Assembly: GCA_047601445.1 (NCBI GenBank)
Contig: JASGJH010000001.1
Span: 2,560,001 to 2,624,000 of the forward strand
From: Myxococcales bacterium
Lineage (GTDB): Bacteria > Myxococcota_A > Polyangia > Polyangiales > DASUME01
DNA: 64,000 nucleotides
Reading direction: 5' to 3'
In this document: in pieces, positions 19,527 through 29,786 of the stretch
How the letters are laid out: each line of letters begins with the position of its first letter
How positions within the stretch are numbered: position 1 is the stretch's first letter
Position numbers and translations under genes: made by a program
Notes under the pieces: generated by a model
Told to the model about the DNA's origin: nothing
What the model saw: only the letters and a program-made list of their open reading frames with translations
Databases searched by the model: none

Positions 19527-21296
19527 ATGCGTAGGTTCGCGTCGGCATTGTTGCTGGGCGCCGCGGTGGTTTCCGCTGGCTCCGCCCACGCCCACGAGGG
19601 TGATGCCTGTGGTCAGGGCGATCGCTTCGAAGAGTTCTCGGGGCCGCTGCGCGAACTCGCCAAGCGCCGCATCGAGTGGGTGTCGTCACTGCTGAAGAAG
19701 GAGCATCCCACTGCCCGCGTGCAGCTGCTGGGCTTCAACGACTTCCACGGACAGCTAACCGACGGGCGTCGCGTGTCGAACCGCCCGGTCGGCGGCGCCG
19801 CCGTACTCGCGTCTTACCTGCGTGACGAGCAAGCGCGCTTCAACGGCGAAACGTTGATCATTCACGCCGGTGACCACGTGGGCGCCTCACCGCCCGAGTC
19901 CGCGCTGCTTCAGGACGAGCCCTCCATCTCGTTCTTGAACATGCTCGGCAACCGCCACTGCACGCGTACGGTGCAGTTCCACCCGCTGTGCAATCTGGTC
20001 GGCACCTTGGGCAACCACGAGTTCGACGAAGGCGTGGCCGAGCTCAAGCGCCTGATCTTCGGTGGCAACCATGCGAATGGACCGTTCCTCGAGCCGCGCT
20101 GGACGGGCGCCAAGTTCCCCTATGTCTCCTCCAACGTGATCGACGACGACACGGGTGACACGCTGCTGCGTCCCTTCGTGATCAAGGAGGCCAACGGCGT
20201 CCTGGTGGGTGTGATCGGTGCCGTGCTCGAAGGCACCCCCAGCATCGTCACCCCGGAAGGGGTGGAGGGCGTGAGCTTCGTGGACGAAGCCGACGCCATC
20301 AACGCGCAGGTCCGGAAGCTCAAGCTGCTCGGCGTGGAGACTATCGTGGTCACCATCCATCAGGGCGGCTTCCAGGCCAGCTACGCGGGCCCCACCCATG
20401 GCGACGCGACCGGCCCAACCGGTGAGATCGCCGAAATCGTGAAGCGCCTCGACAGCGCCGTGGACGTGGTGATCTCGGGCCACTCGCACACCTTCACCAA
20501 CGCCCTGATGCCCAACGCCTCAGGCCATCCCATCCTCGTGACCCAGGCCTTTTCGTCGAGCACGGCCTACGCCGAGATCGAGCTCACCGTCGACCGCGTC
20601 ACCCGCGACGTGGTGACCAAGTCCGCCAGCGTGGTGACCACCTACGCCGACGTGGCTCCAGGCAACGCTCCCTCGACGGACGTGGCGGCGCTCGTTCAGC
20701 AGGCCAAGGACCGCACCGCGCCCCTCGTCAACCGGGTGGTGGGTCAAGCCTCAGTAGCCATCACACGCACGCAGAGCCCGGCCGGTGAGTCCGCGCTCGG
20801 CAACTTGATCGCCGACTCGCAGCGCGCCGAAGCGGGCGCCGATATCGCGCTGATGAATCCCGGCGGCATCCGCGCGGACCTCGATGCAGGCCCCATCACC
20901 TGGGGCGAGCTGTTCACCATCCAGCCCTTTGGCAACACCCTGGTCAGCATGGACCTCACGGGCGCCCAGGTGCTGCGCGTACTCGAGCAGCAGTGGACGG
21001 CGACCAGCACCCGCTTCTTGCAAATCTCCGGGCTGAGCTACGTGTGGAATCCCAGCAAGCCCATCGGCAGTCGCGTGGTCTCCGCGCAGGTCGGCGGTGC
21101 GGCCATCGACCCGACGCGCACCTATCGCGTGGTCGCGAACAACTTTATCGCCGGTGGCGGCGATGGTTTCACCGTGCTTACCGAGGGAACCAACGTGATT
21201 GGCGGCGCCGTGGATCTCGACGCGCTGATCGCCTACGTAGAAGGCCTGGGGGCTCCGGTCGGGACGGTAATCGAAGGTCGCATCACCCAACCGTGA
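19527..21296 (+). CDS. Secreted 5'-nucleotidase / bifunctional metallophosphatase (UshA family)
   Basis: NDFHG, HAGD.VGASP, GNHEFD, IHQGG, SGHSH, ESALGNLIAD, NPGGIR, QPFGN, NNFIAGGGDGF. Confidence 0.93.
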   Translation: MRRFASALLLGAAVVSAGSAHAHEGDACGQGDRFEEFSGPLRELAKRRIEWVSSLLKKEHPTARVQLLGFNDFHGQLTDGRRVSNRPVGGAAVLASYLRDEQARFNGETLIIHAGDHVGASPPESALLQDEPSISFLNMLGNRHCTRTVQFHPLCNLVGTLGNHEFDEGVAELKRLIFGGNHANGPFLEPRWTGAKFPYVSSNVIDDDTGDTLLRPFVIKEANGVLVGVIGAVLEGTPSIVTPEGVEGVSFVDEADAINAQVRKLKLLGVETIVVTIHQGGFQASYAGPTHGDATGPTGEIAEIVKRLDSAVDVVISGHSHTFTNALMPNASGHPILVTQAFSSSTAYAEIELTVDRVTRDVVTKSASVVTTYADVAPGNAPSTDVAALVQQAKDRTAPLVNRVVGQASVAITRTQSPAGESALGNLIADSQRAEAGADIALMNPGGIRADLDAGPITWGELFTIQPFGNTLVSMDLTGAQVLRVLEQQWTATSTRFLQISGLSYVWNPSKPIGSRVVSAQVGGAAIDPTRTYRVVANNFIAGGGDGFTVLTEGTNVIGGAVDLDALIAYVEGLGAPVGTVIEGRITQP

Positions 21297-21358
21297 TGCC
21301 CGACGCTCCGGCCGCGGACCTAAATGCGACGGACCGGCCGGGCCGACGGCGGCTTCGC

Positions 21359-21874
21359 TCAGTGCAGAGATTCGCCGTAGTAGTAGCCGGACACGCGTGA
21401 CAGTCCCGGACGCGGGAGCTCGCGCAGCGCCAGGGCATCGAGCTCGTTGCGCAGCTTGCGCACCAGGTGATCGAGCTTGCCGAGCCAGGTAGCCAGGCGG
21501 TGCTCCGCATCGCTGCGTCGCTGCTGGCTCGTGCGCTCCACGCACAGACGGGTGAGCTCCCGCTGCAGATGCTTGAGCTCGTCGCCGATTTGCTCGTGTG
21601 CCAGCGGAGGCAAGCCAGCTTGGGCGTGAGCGTGCTCCTCGAAGCGGAGGTCGGAGAGCGCAGGAACTGCTTCACGGAGGCGGCCATCTTCCACGGCCTG
21701 TTGAGCACGAATCTCCGCAAACAAGATGCGCGCGGACACGTGGGCCTGATGGGCCAGCGCCGCGGCTACACTCGACGGCCCGTAGGCAGCTTCGACCAAG
21801 CGTGCGACTTCAGCGAGCGACAACACAGCTCTTCCGGAAATCAAAGCAAGCCTTTCCATCTGCTCTTTCCCCAT
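21359..21874 (-). CDS. Hypothetical helical protein
   Basis: ORF fills the gap between flanking genes with plausible codon use; no recognisable motif. Confidence 0.5.
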   Translation of the reverse strand: MGKEQMERLALISGRAVLSLAEVARLVEAAYGPSSVAAALAHQAHVSARILFAEIRAQQAVEDGRLREAVPALSDLRFEEHAHAQAGLPPLAHEQIGDELKHLQRELTRLCVERTSQQRRSDAEHRLATWLGKLDHLVRKLRNELDALALRELPRPGLSRVSGYYYGESLH

Positions 21875-22064
21875 GGGTCCTCCAAGCGCTGGAAGCCCTA
21901 GGACGCTAGCACCAAAACGGCGCGCTTGCGCCCCACAACAGCAACAAAAGACAACCCGAAGACGCACTGTGGCATGCGTGATAAGTTCGCTCAGGCACAA
22001 CGTTTTCCGGAACGTGCGCGGAGCGTTGACGAAAACGCACTTGGGCTGTGCACAAAATGCGGCG

Positions 22065-22991
22065 ATGCCGACGCGACCACTGTTAGCACTTCCGAGTTTC
22101 GATGCCCACGGGATCCAGACCCGCGCCCCTTCCCTCCCGCGCTTTCTACCGCTCGTCGGATGGGCCGTAGCAGCGCTCCTGTGTTGGGACGCCTCGCCAG
22201 CCCGGGCCTACTGCCGCACGCTGTCCTGCGACCCCAAGAAAGAAGCCTGCCCGCGCGATGCTCACGGCTGCATGACCGTGGGCCAGCCCCTGTATTGGCC
22301 GGGCGGCGCGACGGAAATCTGGGTGGATCCGGAGGGCAGCGCGCTGCGCGGGATCACCGAACCCGAAGCGCAGGAAGCCCTGGCCCGCGCGATTGAGCAC
22401 TGGAGCAGTGTCGTCTGTCCGGATGGTCAGCCCCTCGACCTCGAGCTGGTCCTCAAGGGAAGCTCGGCCACCTTCCAGGGACAACCAGATGAACTAAACG
22501 TGCTGCGATTCCTCGATGACACCTGGCCCTATCCGGTCGCATCGGCCGCTCAGACGTCGGTAGGTTTCGACCTTGAAACAGGGGCCCTCTCCCGCGCCCG
22601 TGTCGAGGTGAACTCTGCTCTCCATGACATCACCCTGACCGCCCAGTCCGCCTCGGACGTAGACCTCGAAGGGACCCTGACCCACGAGCTTGGTCATTTC
22701 CTCGGGCTGGATCACAGCGACGTGCCGGGCGCCACGATGCAGGCGGAGGCCAGCGGCATGCAAACGCTGGAGCTGCGGACGCTCGAAGCCGACGATGTGG
22801 CGGGGATCTGCGAGATCTACGGACAGGGGCAGCTGCCTGAGCTTGAAGATGACGCCCCCAAGACGTCCTCCGATGCGTCGACGTGCAGCGCCTCGCCGGC
22901 CGCTACCGATGCGCCGCTGACCTCGTCGTGGCTAGTGGCGCTGAGTGGTGTCGTGTTGCTTGGTCGTCGCCGTAGTCAACGGCGCATCTGA
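22065..22991 (+). CDS. Matrixin (M10)-family zinc metalloprotease with MYXO-CTERM-like tail
   Basis: HELGHFLGLDHS..ATM Met-turn; C-terminal TCSA...hydrophobic...RRR. Confidence 0.9.
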   Translation: MPTRPLLALPSFDAHGIQTRAPSLPRFLPLVGWAVAALLCWDASPARAYCRTLSCDPKKEACPRDAHGCMTVGQPLYWPGGATEIWVDPEGSALRGITEPEAQEALARAIEHWSSVVCPDGQPLDLELVLKGSSATFQGQPDELNVLRFLDDTWPYPVASAAQTSVGFDLETGALSRARVEVNSALHDITLTAQSASDVDLEGTLTHELGHFLGLDHSDVPGATMQAEASGMQTLELRTLEADDVAGICEIYGQGQLPELEDDAPKTSSDASTCSASPAATDAPLTSSWLVALSGVVLLGRRRSQRRI

Positions 22992-23045
22992 GGCCGTAGT
23001 CAACGGCGCATCTGAGGCCGTAGTCAACGGCGCATCTGAGGCCGT
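22969..23045. repeat. 24-bp tandem repeat x3 plus 5-bp partial
   Basis: GCCGTAGTCAACGGCGCATCTGAG at 22969, 22993 and 23017; perfect copies with no spacers. Confidence 0.95.
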
Positions 23046-23069
23046 GGTCCTCTGCGCTTCGAAAGTCGT

Positions 23070-23552
23070 CTAGGGGGCGTCGAGGCAAGTCACGTTGAGC
23101 TCGGCTACGGACACGCAATCGGGCGTGTCCGAGACCGTGAGCTTGAGGACCTTCTCGCCGGCCACGTCGCAGCGATAGGAAGTGTCGGACGCGTCCGGGT
23201 GCGAGAACACACCGTCGGGCGCCTGCCAGCTGTAGGTGACAGGGTCTCCCTCTTCGTCCTCGGCAAACGAGGAGATGGAGATCTCCGAGCCGACCACCAC
23301 GCTAAGCGGTGAGAAAACGTAGCCGCCAACCTTGGCGCACTGGTTGAAGAGCCCGTCGATGAGCAAGCTGCCGCAGGTCGCAGCGTCGCCCGCATCGACG
23401 CACTCGCCTGCGTCCACGCCCGCGTCGTGAGGAGGACCTGCATCGGGCCCCGCGTCGAGCACGCCGCCTTCGTTTTCGATGCCGTCTTGTCCTTCACCGT
23501 GACAAGCGGCAACGACGGAGAGCGAGAGCCACGCAAGAACTCGGCGACGCAT
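23070..23552 (-). CDS. Small lipoprotein with a single Ig/PKD-like module
   Basis: Lipobox VAAC; DAG linker; module similar to the phytase N-terminus. Confidence 0.8.
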   Translation of the reverse strand: MRRRVLAWLSLSVVAACHGEGQDGIENEGGVLDAGPDAGPPHDAGVDAGECVDAGDAATCGSLLIDGLFNQCAKVGGYVFSPLSVVVGSEISISSFAEDEEGDPVTYSWQAPDGVFSHPDASDTSYRCDVAGEKVLKLTVSDTPDCVSVAELNVTCLDAP

Positions 23553-23624
23553 GGGGCGCTTCTCGCACACGAAGGCTACAGATTCATGGTTTGTTCGTAA
23601 CAATCGAGCGACCGTCGCGGGGCG

Positions 23625-25022
23625 TCACTGGAAGCCGATCAGACCCGACTGCAGACCGAGCGCCTTTGCCACTCGGCCGTTGAGCACGTTCAGGTGCCCA
23701 ACCAGAGCATTTCCGGCATCTTCGAAGGCCTGCGGCGCGCACTCCAGGAGCCGACGCCGGGTCTCCGTGCTGATGTCGTCACGCCCCTCGAGCAGCGCCA
23801 GCATGCCCTCTTCGGCGCCGCCGGCCGACGTGGCCAGATCGGCTCCCGCCTGGGCGAGCACCGTGGCCTGCTCGACCAACGTGAGGATCGTCGGCACGCG
23901 CCGCTCGAGCGCCGCCACCATGAACTGGACGCGTTGCTGGGTGCCCGCATCGAGCAGCTTGTTCGGGAGTGCCTTCGCTTCGACCACGGCAGACACGCAC
24001 TCGGCGCGCAGGAGCATGTCCACCTTGGCCCAGGAGGCGCAACCGTAGCTAGCCTCACAGGCGAGCAGCGAGTCCGGAAAAGCAAAGTCCCCGTCACAGC
24101 CGCCGCTGCAGCCGGCCGCAGCGCTGCCGTCCTCCTCACAGCTCGCGACTGCGGCGTTCGCGCAGTCGAGCGTGCTGCCTTCCAGGCTGCATTCCCCGCT
24201 GCACGTTCCGTCACAATCGACGCCCACCAGCGAATGGGCACGACAGGTTCCTTCGCAGCTGCCGCGGCAGGCGCCGATGCACTCCCCGAGCTCGCGCGTG
24301 CCATTGAGGTCCGCGTCACCGAACTGACTGCAGGAACCCTGGCAAATCCCCCAGCACTCGCCAGGGCAGTCCTGCACTGCGTCCGCGCTGAAGGTGCAGG
24401 TCCCGACGCAGGTCCCCGTGCACGCGAGGTTCGAGCCGCTGAAGGTGCAGTGGGCGTCCGCCGACTCTCCACATGAAAGCTGATTTCGAGGCGAGGTCTC
24501 GCAGCGCCCCAGGCACTCGAAGTTCTCCTCCGCCGCGGTCGTCGCGACGCCGCAACCCACGTCGTTCTGGCAGCGCATCGCGCTTGCGAAGGCTTCACGC
24601 GGCTGGCCCTGGCAGGCAGCTCGCTTGGCTCGAAGCACGAGTTCGACGCCAATCTGCTCCTGGAAGAGCTCGCGCACCCTGACGCCAAGGCTGTTCTGTC
24701 CATTGATCGTCCCCGCGTCGTCGCCGGCGGGCGCCTCCATATCGATTCCGAGCTCCTGCGTCAGCGCCGCGAGCTCCATCTCCAGTGTGGCCCCGAGCAG
24801 ATCGCCCTTGTCCATCAAAGCCTGGCTCGTGCTGAGAAAGGCGTCGGCGGCGTCGACCCCCGTGACGGCACGGTTGCCGTCGTTGAAGGACGGACCGCAG
24901 TCGAACGCGGTGTCGCCCCCGCTCGCGAGCTCCTCGAACAGGCAGCCCACGGAGGTCACGCCGATGAAGGCGCCGAGCGAAGTCCAGAACAGCGCGCGAC
25001 GGGGAGTAGTGCGAAGCCTCAT
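23625..25022 (-). CDS. Cys-rich lipoprotein (C.G.C.G.C repeats flanked by helical regions)
   Basis: Lipobox SVGC; CTGTCVGTC, CPGECWGICQGSC, CIGACRGSCEGTC, CDGTCSGEC. Confidence 0.8.
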   Translation of the reverse strand: MRLRTTPRRALFWTSLGAFIGVTSVGCLFEELASGGDTAFDCGPSFNDGNRAVTGVDAADAFLSTSQALMDKGDLLGATLEMELAALTQELGIDMEAPAGDDAGTINGQNSLGVRVRELFQEQIGVELVLRAKRAACQGQPREAFASAMRCQNDVGCGVATTAAEENFECLGRCETSPRNQLSCGESADAHCTFSGSNLACTGTCVGTCTFSADAVQDCPGECWGICQGSCSQFGDADLNGTRELGECIGACRGSCEGTCRAHSLVGVDCDGTCSGECSLEGSTLDCANAAVASCEEDGSAAAGCSGGCDGDFAFPDSLLACEASYGCASWAKVDMLLRAECVSAVVEAKALPNKLLDAGTQQRVQFMVAALERRVPTILTLVEQATVLAQAGADLATSAGGAEEGMLALLEGRDDISTETRRRLLECAPQAFEDAGNALVGHLNVLNGRVAKALGLQSGLIGFQ

Positions 25023-25121
25023 ACGACTCGCGCCCTCTTAGAGCGCGCACTGATCTATCAGTCGTGCCGCGCGGTGTTGTGACAAACGCGCAACGTTCCT
25101 ACTCGTCAGTGACACGTGCGA

Positions 25122-25161
25122 TTGCAACGAGCCTGACACCAGAATCTCACGAGAACTGCAC
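25122..25161 (+). promoter_or_regulatory. Pho-box-like array, four phased half-sites
   Basis: TTGCAAC-GAGC-CTGACAC-CAGA-ATCTCAC-GAGA-ACTGCAC, ending 55 bp before the DsbA-like ATG. Confidence 0.45.
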
Positions 25162-25216
25162 GCTCCTCCCGAGTACCCCGGCTAAGGTACGCCGCTCGCA
25201 CGGAGGAAGTCCCCCA

Positions 25217-25993
25217 ATGTCCGACACGCGCACCCCGTCTGTTCGCCCGGCCTGGATCGCCGTGGCCCTGCTGGCCTTTGCCCTTTGCTTCGGGGTCGGA
25301 CACTACCTCGGCGGGCCTGCGAGCGACCCCATGCCGCTCAGCGACGGCCGCGTGTACAAGGTGCCGCTGTCCATCGCGCAGCCGCAGCGTGGCAACGCCG
25401 AGCCCCTGGTGGTCATCGTCGAATGGTGCGACCTACAGGGCACGTCGTGCAAAAGCTCCGACGCGATCACCACGGCGTTGCTGAAGCAATACCCGAACGA
25501 GCTACGCCACAGCTTCCGCCACCTGCAGCAGACGGACTCCGCTGACTCGGCGGAGCTGCACGAGTTCGCCCGCGTGGCCTTCGAGCAGAACGGCAAGTTC
25601 TGGGAAGTGCGTGAGAAAATCCTGGCGCGCCCGGCGAAGCCCGTGACCCGCGACGAGCTCGAGCAGATCGCCAAGAGCGTCGGCATCGACTGGAAGGGCA
25701 TGCAGGAGGCACTGAGCTCCGATCGCTTGGTTCCCTACGTGTTTGCCGACGGGATGTTCGCCCAGCGTTTTGGTGTGACTGCGGGCCCGACGTTTTACGT
25801 CAACGGCCGCCGCTTGGCAGAGCCGGTGACGGCCGAGCGCCTCGACGCGCTGGTCGAGCAGGAGATGGCGCACGCCAAGCAGGTGCTGGCGAAGACCAAG
25901 GTCGAGAAGGCTCTCCTTTACCAGGAGCTCACCAAGGACGGCTTGTTCCAGCCTCCGCTGCCTGTGGTCGCGCAGACCCAGACGACTCACTGA
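25217..25993 (+). CDS. DsbA/thioredoxin-fold membrane-anchored protein with atypical active site
   Basis: RGNAEPLVVIVEWCDLQGTSC, FRH, EQNGKFWE, GVTAGPTFYVNGR; GGAGG RBS. Confidence 0.85.
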   Translation: MSDTRTPSVRPAWIAVALLAFALCFGVGHYLGGPASDPMPLSDGRVYKVPLSIAQPQRGNAEPLVVIVEWCDLQGTSCKSSDAITTALLKQYPNELRHSFRHLQQTDSADSAELHEFARVAFEQNGKFWEVREKILARPAKPVTRDELEQIAKSVGIDWKGMQEALSSDRLVPYVFADGMFAQRFGVTAGPTFYVNGRRLAEPVTAERLDALVEQEMAHAKQVLAKTKVEKALLYQELTKDGLFQPPLPVVAQTQTTH

Positions 25994-26035
25994 AAACCGG
26001 CGCGCGTGGTTCGACGAGTGCCGAAGAGGACACAG

Positions 26036-26899
26036 ATGGCTGGGCTGAGGAAACTGTTTACGGTGGTGATGCTCGCCCTTCCGGTCGGACTGGGCCTCGG
26101 ATGCGGCGACGATCTCGGTGAGTGCGACGACAAGGCCGCCAACGAGCTCGTGTACAGCAACACCTGGCACGTGGCCACCAAGGGCCAGGCCTTGATGAAC
26201 GACTCCTGTGGAAACGGGTCCTTCTGTCACTCGGTGGGCGCCACTGGAGATGCGCGCGGCGGAGTAGCGAAGGACCTCAACTTCGACATGCTGCCGCAAC
26301 CGTCGGGCTGGCCCAAGGTCATGGACCATCGCGACGGGATCTGGAAGTCCATCGCCAATGGCACCATGCCGCCCGGAAAAGGCGGCGCCGCCAAGCTCAG
26401 CGACGGGGAGTGGAGCTTCGACCCCTGGCGTCGCGCAGGATCGCCGATGTTGCCCAAGATGCACACCAAGGCTGGTCAGGCCGCATTTCGCAACTGGCTC
26501 GCCTGCGGCGCACCGGTGGTCACGCAAACCGAAGTCCCGCTGTGGGCGCGCCCGACCGGGCAGACCAACTTGGGTGACTGGAGCGGGATCTACACGACCA
26601 TCGTGCAGGGACGCTGCGCCAACGGTGGCTGCCACGATCGCATCACCCACGAGGGCGACCTCGATCTCTCCGACGAGTGCAAGGGCTACAAGGCACTGGC
26701 GGGCACGAGCGGCCAGTGCGGCGTGCCGCGCCTGGTGCCGGGAGACGTCAATTCGAGCGTGATGCAGCAGCTGGAGCGTCGTTCCACCTGCGGTGACCCC
26801 ATGCCTCCGGAACCGGCGGCACCCCTCACGGATCCCGAGCTCGACGTGGTCCGCAAGTGGATCCAAAACGGCGCGCCCGCCATGAACTGCGGGGGTTGA
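26036..26899 (+). CDS. Putative di-heme c-type cytochrome lipoprotein with CX5CH and CX4CH motifs
   Basis: Lipobox GLGC; SCGNGSFCH...GTMPP...RNWL; RCANGGCH...VPGD...PMPP...RKWIQNGAP. Confidence 0.75.
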   Translation: MAGLRKLFTVVMLALPVGLGLGCGDDLGECDDKAANELVYSNTWHVATKGQALMNDSCGNGSFCHSVGATGDARGGVAKDLNFDMLPQPSGWPKVMDHRDGIWKSIANGTMPPGKGGAAKLSDGEWSFDPWRRAGSPMLPKMHTKAGQAAFRNWLACGAPVVTQTEVPLWARPTGQTNLGDWSGIYTTIVQGRCANGGCHDRITHEGDLDLSDECKGYKALAGTSGQCGVPRLVPGDVNSSVMQQLERRSTCGDPMPPEPAAPLTDPELDVVRKWIQNGAPAMNCGG

Positions 26900-26903
26900 G
26901 TCC

Positions 26904-28458
26904 ATGGCTACGATCGCACGCTTGCTCTTGTTGTGCCTCCTGCCGCTGGCCTTCCTGGCGGGCTGCGACGACGAACCGAACAACGCCACCGAGCTGAGCG
27001 CAAACTACATCCGGCAATGCGGAGATCACCACGTGCTCGGGCCACGGTGAATGCAGCGCGGGTGACGGCGGGTCCGCCCAGTGTACCTGCGAGGGCGGCT
27101 ACCGAGGCGATAGCTGCCAGTACTGCGAGCCGGGCTTTCACCGCGATTTCTACGACAACTGTACGCGCGACCGGCACTGCTCCGATCAGCCGACCGACTT
27201 CTGCAGCAACCACGGCACCTGCAAGGACGACACCGGCGCGCTCGAGTGCACCTGCGAGACCGGCTATGAAGGGCCCCGTTGCAACCTGTGTGCAGCCACC
27301 CACGGTCGCAATGAGTACGGCGAGTGCGTGCTACTGACGCTCGATCCATCGCAGCCCGGTATGTCCACGCGCTGCAACCCCGATCTCTGCAGCGGCCACG
27401 GCGGCTGCGACGACACCAGCTCTGCGCCGCGCTGCATCTGCGACGCGGGCTACGCGGGCAATCGCTGTGACGGTTGTGCGGACGGCTACGTGCGCCACGG
27501 CAACCTGTGTGCGCGCGACAACGCCTGCTTCGAGGGCGTGTGCGGCGGCCACGGCAGCTGCGACGATCGCTACGGCGCCGTCGAGTGCGTGTGCGGGACG
27601 GGCTTCGGCGGATCGCGCTGCGAGGTCTGCGCATCCGGCTACCACGTGGAGGGGACCTCCTGTGTGATCGACCCGGATTGCCGCGCGAACACCTGCGGTG
27701 GTCTGGGTCCGTGCGCGAACTCGGGCGCGGGCCCGGTGTGCTCGTGCCAGGCGCCCGCCACGGGAGCGCACTGCGAGGCGTGCACCGCTGGCTTCCATCC
27801 GGTGATCAGCGGCGGCTGCGCAGCCAATGAAGTTTGCTCGCCTGACTCGTGCCATGGACACGGCACCTGCGACGACACCAGCGGCATCGTGCGTTGCGAC
27901 TGCTCCACCGGCTATCGCGGTGCCAGCTGTCAGGAATGTGCCGCAGGCTATACGCCCTTCGCGAACGGAACCTGCGCGCTCTACGCCCAGTGTGCCAACC
28001 CCGTCGCCGCCCCGGGCAGCGTGGACTTCGAAGGCGTCGCCGGATTCCCTGATCTGACCGACAACTGCGTCGAGGGCCTGGCAGCCCAGCCCGCCCACGT
28101 GAGCGTGATGACCACGGGTAACGAATCGCTGTTTTCGTGCGCCAAGAGTGACGCGTACGGCATGGACAGCCACCACATCTACGTGCGCATTGGGAAGAAC
28201 GCGCCAGCCGTACTGATGTTCGATGGCACCGTGGGGTCCGTCGGCTTCGAGTACGGAGCCCGCACGGACCTGGCGCTCGATATCCTTGCGGACGACAAGC
28301 TCGTGCGACACCTGGACGGCGCGGTGAGGAGCCGCGGCACAGTCTATCTCTCGCTCTACCCGGCGATCACCAAGCTCACGATCCAGGCCTCGGGCGACGG
28401 CGCCGAGATGACCTTGGCCATCGACGACATCCAGTACTCCCCCCCGACCTGCGAGTGA
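26904..28458 (+). CDS. EGF/laminin-like repeat lipoprotein; +1 frameshift at ~27021
   Basis: MATIARLLLLCLLPLAFLAGC from ATG 26904. Removing one G at 27021-27022 joins it to repeated C.GHG.C...C.C..GY.G..C units (about six) and a C-terminal beta domain. Confidence 0.85.
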
Positions 28459-28496
28459 GCCCGCGGTCGCGGTCCCTCCACGCTCAACGAGAAGCC

Positions 28497-29786
28497 ATGC
28501 AACTCACTCCCCTCCCCAGCATCGTGCGCGCTCGCTTCGCAACGCTGGGCGCCCTGTGCCTGATGGTCTCAGCCTGCGGTGACGATCCCCAGCCTTCGAA
28601 GCACGACGGTGGGATGGAGCCCGTTCCTGGGCCCGATATGTGCGCTGCGGCTGACGCCGGAACGCCGTGCGGCGAGGGCCAATTTTGCGTCGATCATCAA
28701 TGCCTGCCCAATGTGTGCGGCGATGGCGTGCTCGCCGGACACGAGGAGTGCGACGACGGAAATCAGCTGGTCGGCGACGGCTGCTCCCCGAGTTGCCTGC
28801 TGGCGCCCCTGGGTTGCGGTGACGGTGTGGTGCAGCTGGACGAGGAGTGCGACGACGGGAACCAGTACGAGTACGACGCATGCTCCACGGCCTGTAAGCT
28901 CAACCGTTGCGGCAATGGGCGTGAAGACGGCGTGGAAGAGTGCGACGACGGCAACCTGATCAACGACGACGCTTGCAGCGTGACGTGCACCGAGAACCGT
29001 TGCGGCAACGGACGGGTGGACGTCGGCGAAGAGTGCGACGACGGCAATCAGGTGCAGGACGACGGCACCTGGATCTACCAGGACGGCACGCGCAACAACC
29101 GCGACACCTGCAGCAACGCGTGCATCCAGATCGAGTGCGGCAACGGTCGCGTCGAAGGTCCCTTGCTCGGCGGGCAAGAGGAGTGCGACGACGCCAACGA
29201 GAACAACAAGGACCACTGCTCGAACAACTGCTTGGCCACCGGCTGCGGCAACGGCATTCTCGAGGTGGACCTCGGCGAGGTGTGCGAGACGGCACCCTGT
29301 CGCATGGCGGACGGTTCGGTGTGCCCGGGCAACGAAGCGAAGCGGAAGTGCGTCAAGTGCCTGGGCTGGGAAGAGGACACTGCCTGCAAGACCTGCCGCG
29401 ACACCTACTGCAGGGCCTATGATGACAGCGGTGGTGGCGCCGTAGACTTGGTGGCAGGTTGCTTCGAGAAAGACGACGCCAGCTGGGTGCAGGCCTGCGG
29501 GGACCTGGTGACCTGCATGCGTGCGAGCGGCACCGGCTACAATGAGTTGCTCGGCCCCATGGAGAGCTTCTGCGGCACCAGCAACCCTGACACCACGTGC
29601 CAGCAAGAAGGCCTCGCGGACGGCCCATGCATCAAAGAGTGGCAGGCGGCCACCAAGAGTACCGTGCTCGCCACCGTACTGGGGCGCTCCTCCAGTCCGG
29701 CGCGGGCCTCTGGATGGGCATACAAACTCATCTTGTGCGATCAAGCCTCCTGCTTGAGCCAGTGCGGTCCTGGCGCGGTCAAGTAA
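28497..29786 (+). CDS. Myxococcus Cys-rich repeat (DUF4215-type) lipoprotein with shared C-terminal Cys domain
   Basis: Lipobox VSAC; repeated CG.G....EECDDGN....D.CS..C; C-terminal domain shared with three neighbours. Confidence 0.88.
   Translation: MQLTPLPSIVRARFATLGALCLMVSACGDDPQPSKHDGGMEPVPGPDMCAAADAGTPCGEGQFCVDHQCLPNVCGDGVLAGHEECDDGNQLVGDGCSPSCLLAPLGCGDGVVQLDEECDDGNQYEYDACSTACKLNRCGNGREDGVEECDDGNLINDDACSVTCTENRCGNGRVDVGEECDDGNQVQDDGTWIYQDGTRNNRDTCSNACIQIECGNGRVEGPLLGGQEECDDANENNKDHCSNNCLATGCGNGILEVDLGEVCETAPCRMADGSVCPGNEAKRKCVKCLGWEEDTACKTCRDTYCRAYDDSGGGAVDLVAGCFEKDDASWVQACGDLVTCMRASGTGYNELLGPMESFCGTSNPDTTCQQEGLADGPCIKEWQAATKSTVLATVLGRSSSPARASGWAYKLILCDQASCLSQCGPGAVK

Noticed and set aside
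22969..23045. Possible mini-CRISPR array
   Set aside because: Repeats are contiguous with no spacers, and there are no cas genes in the window.
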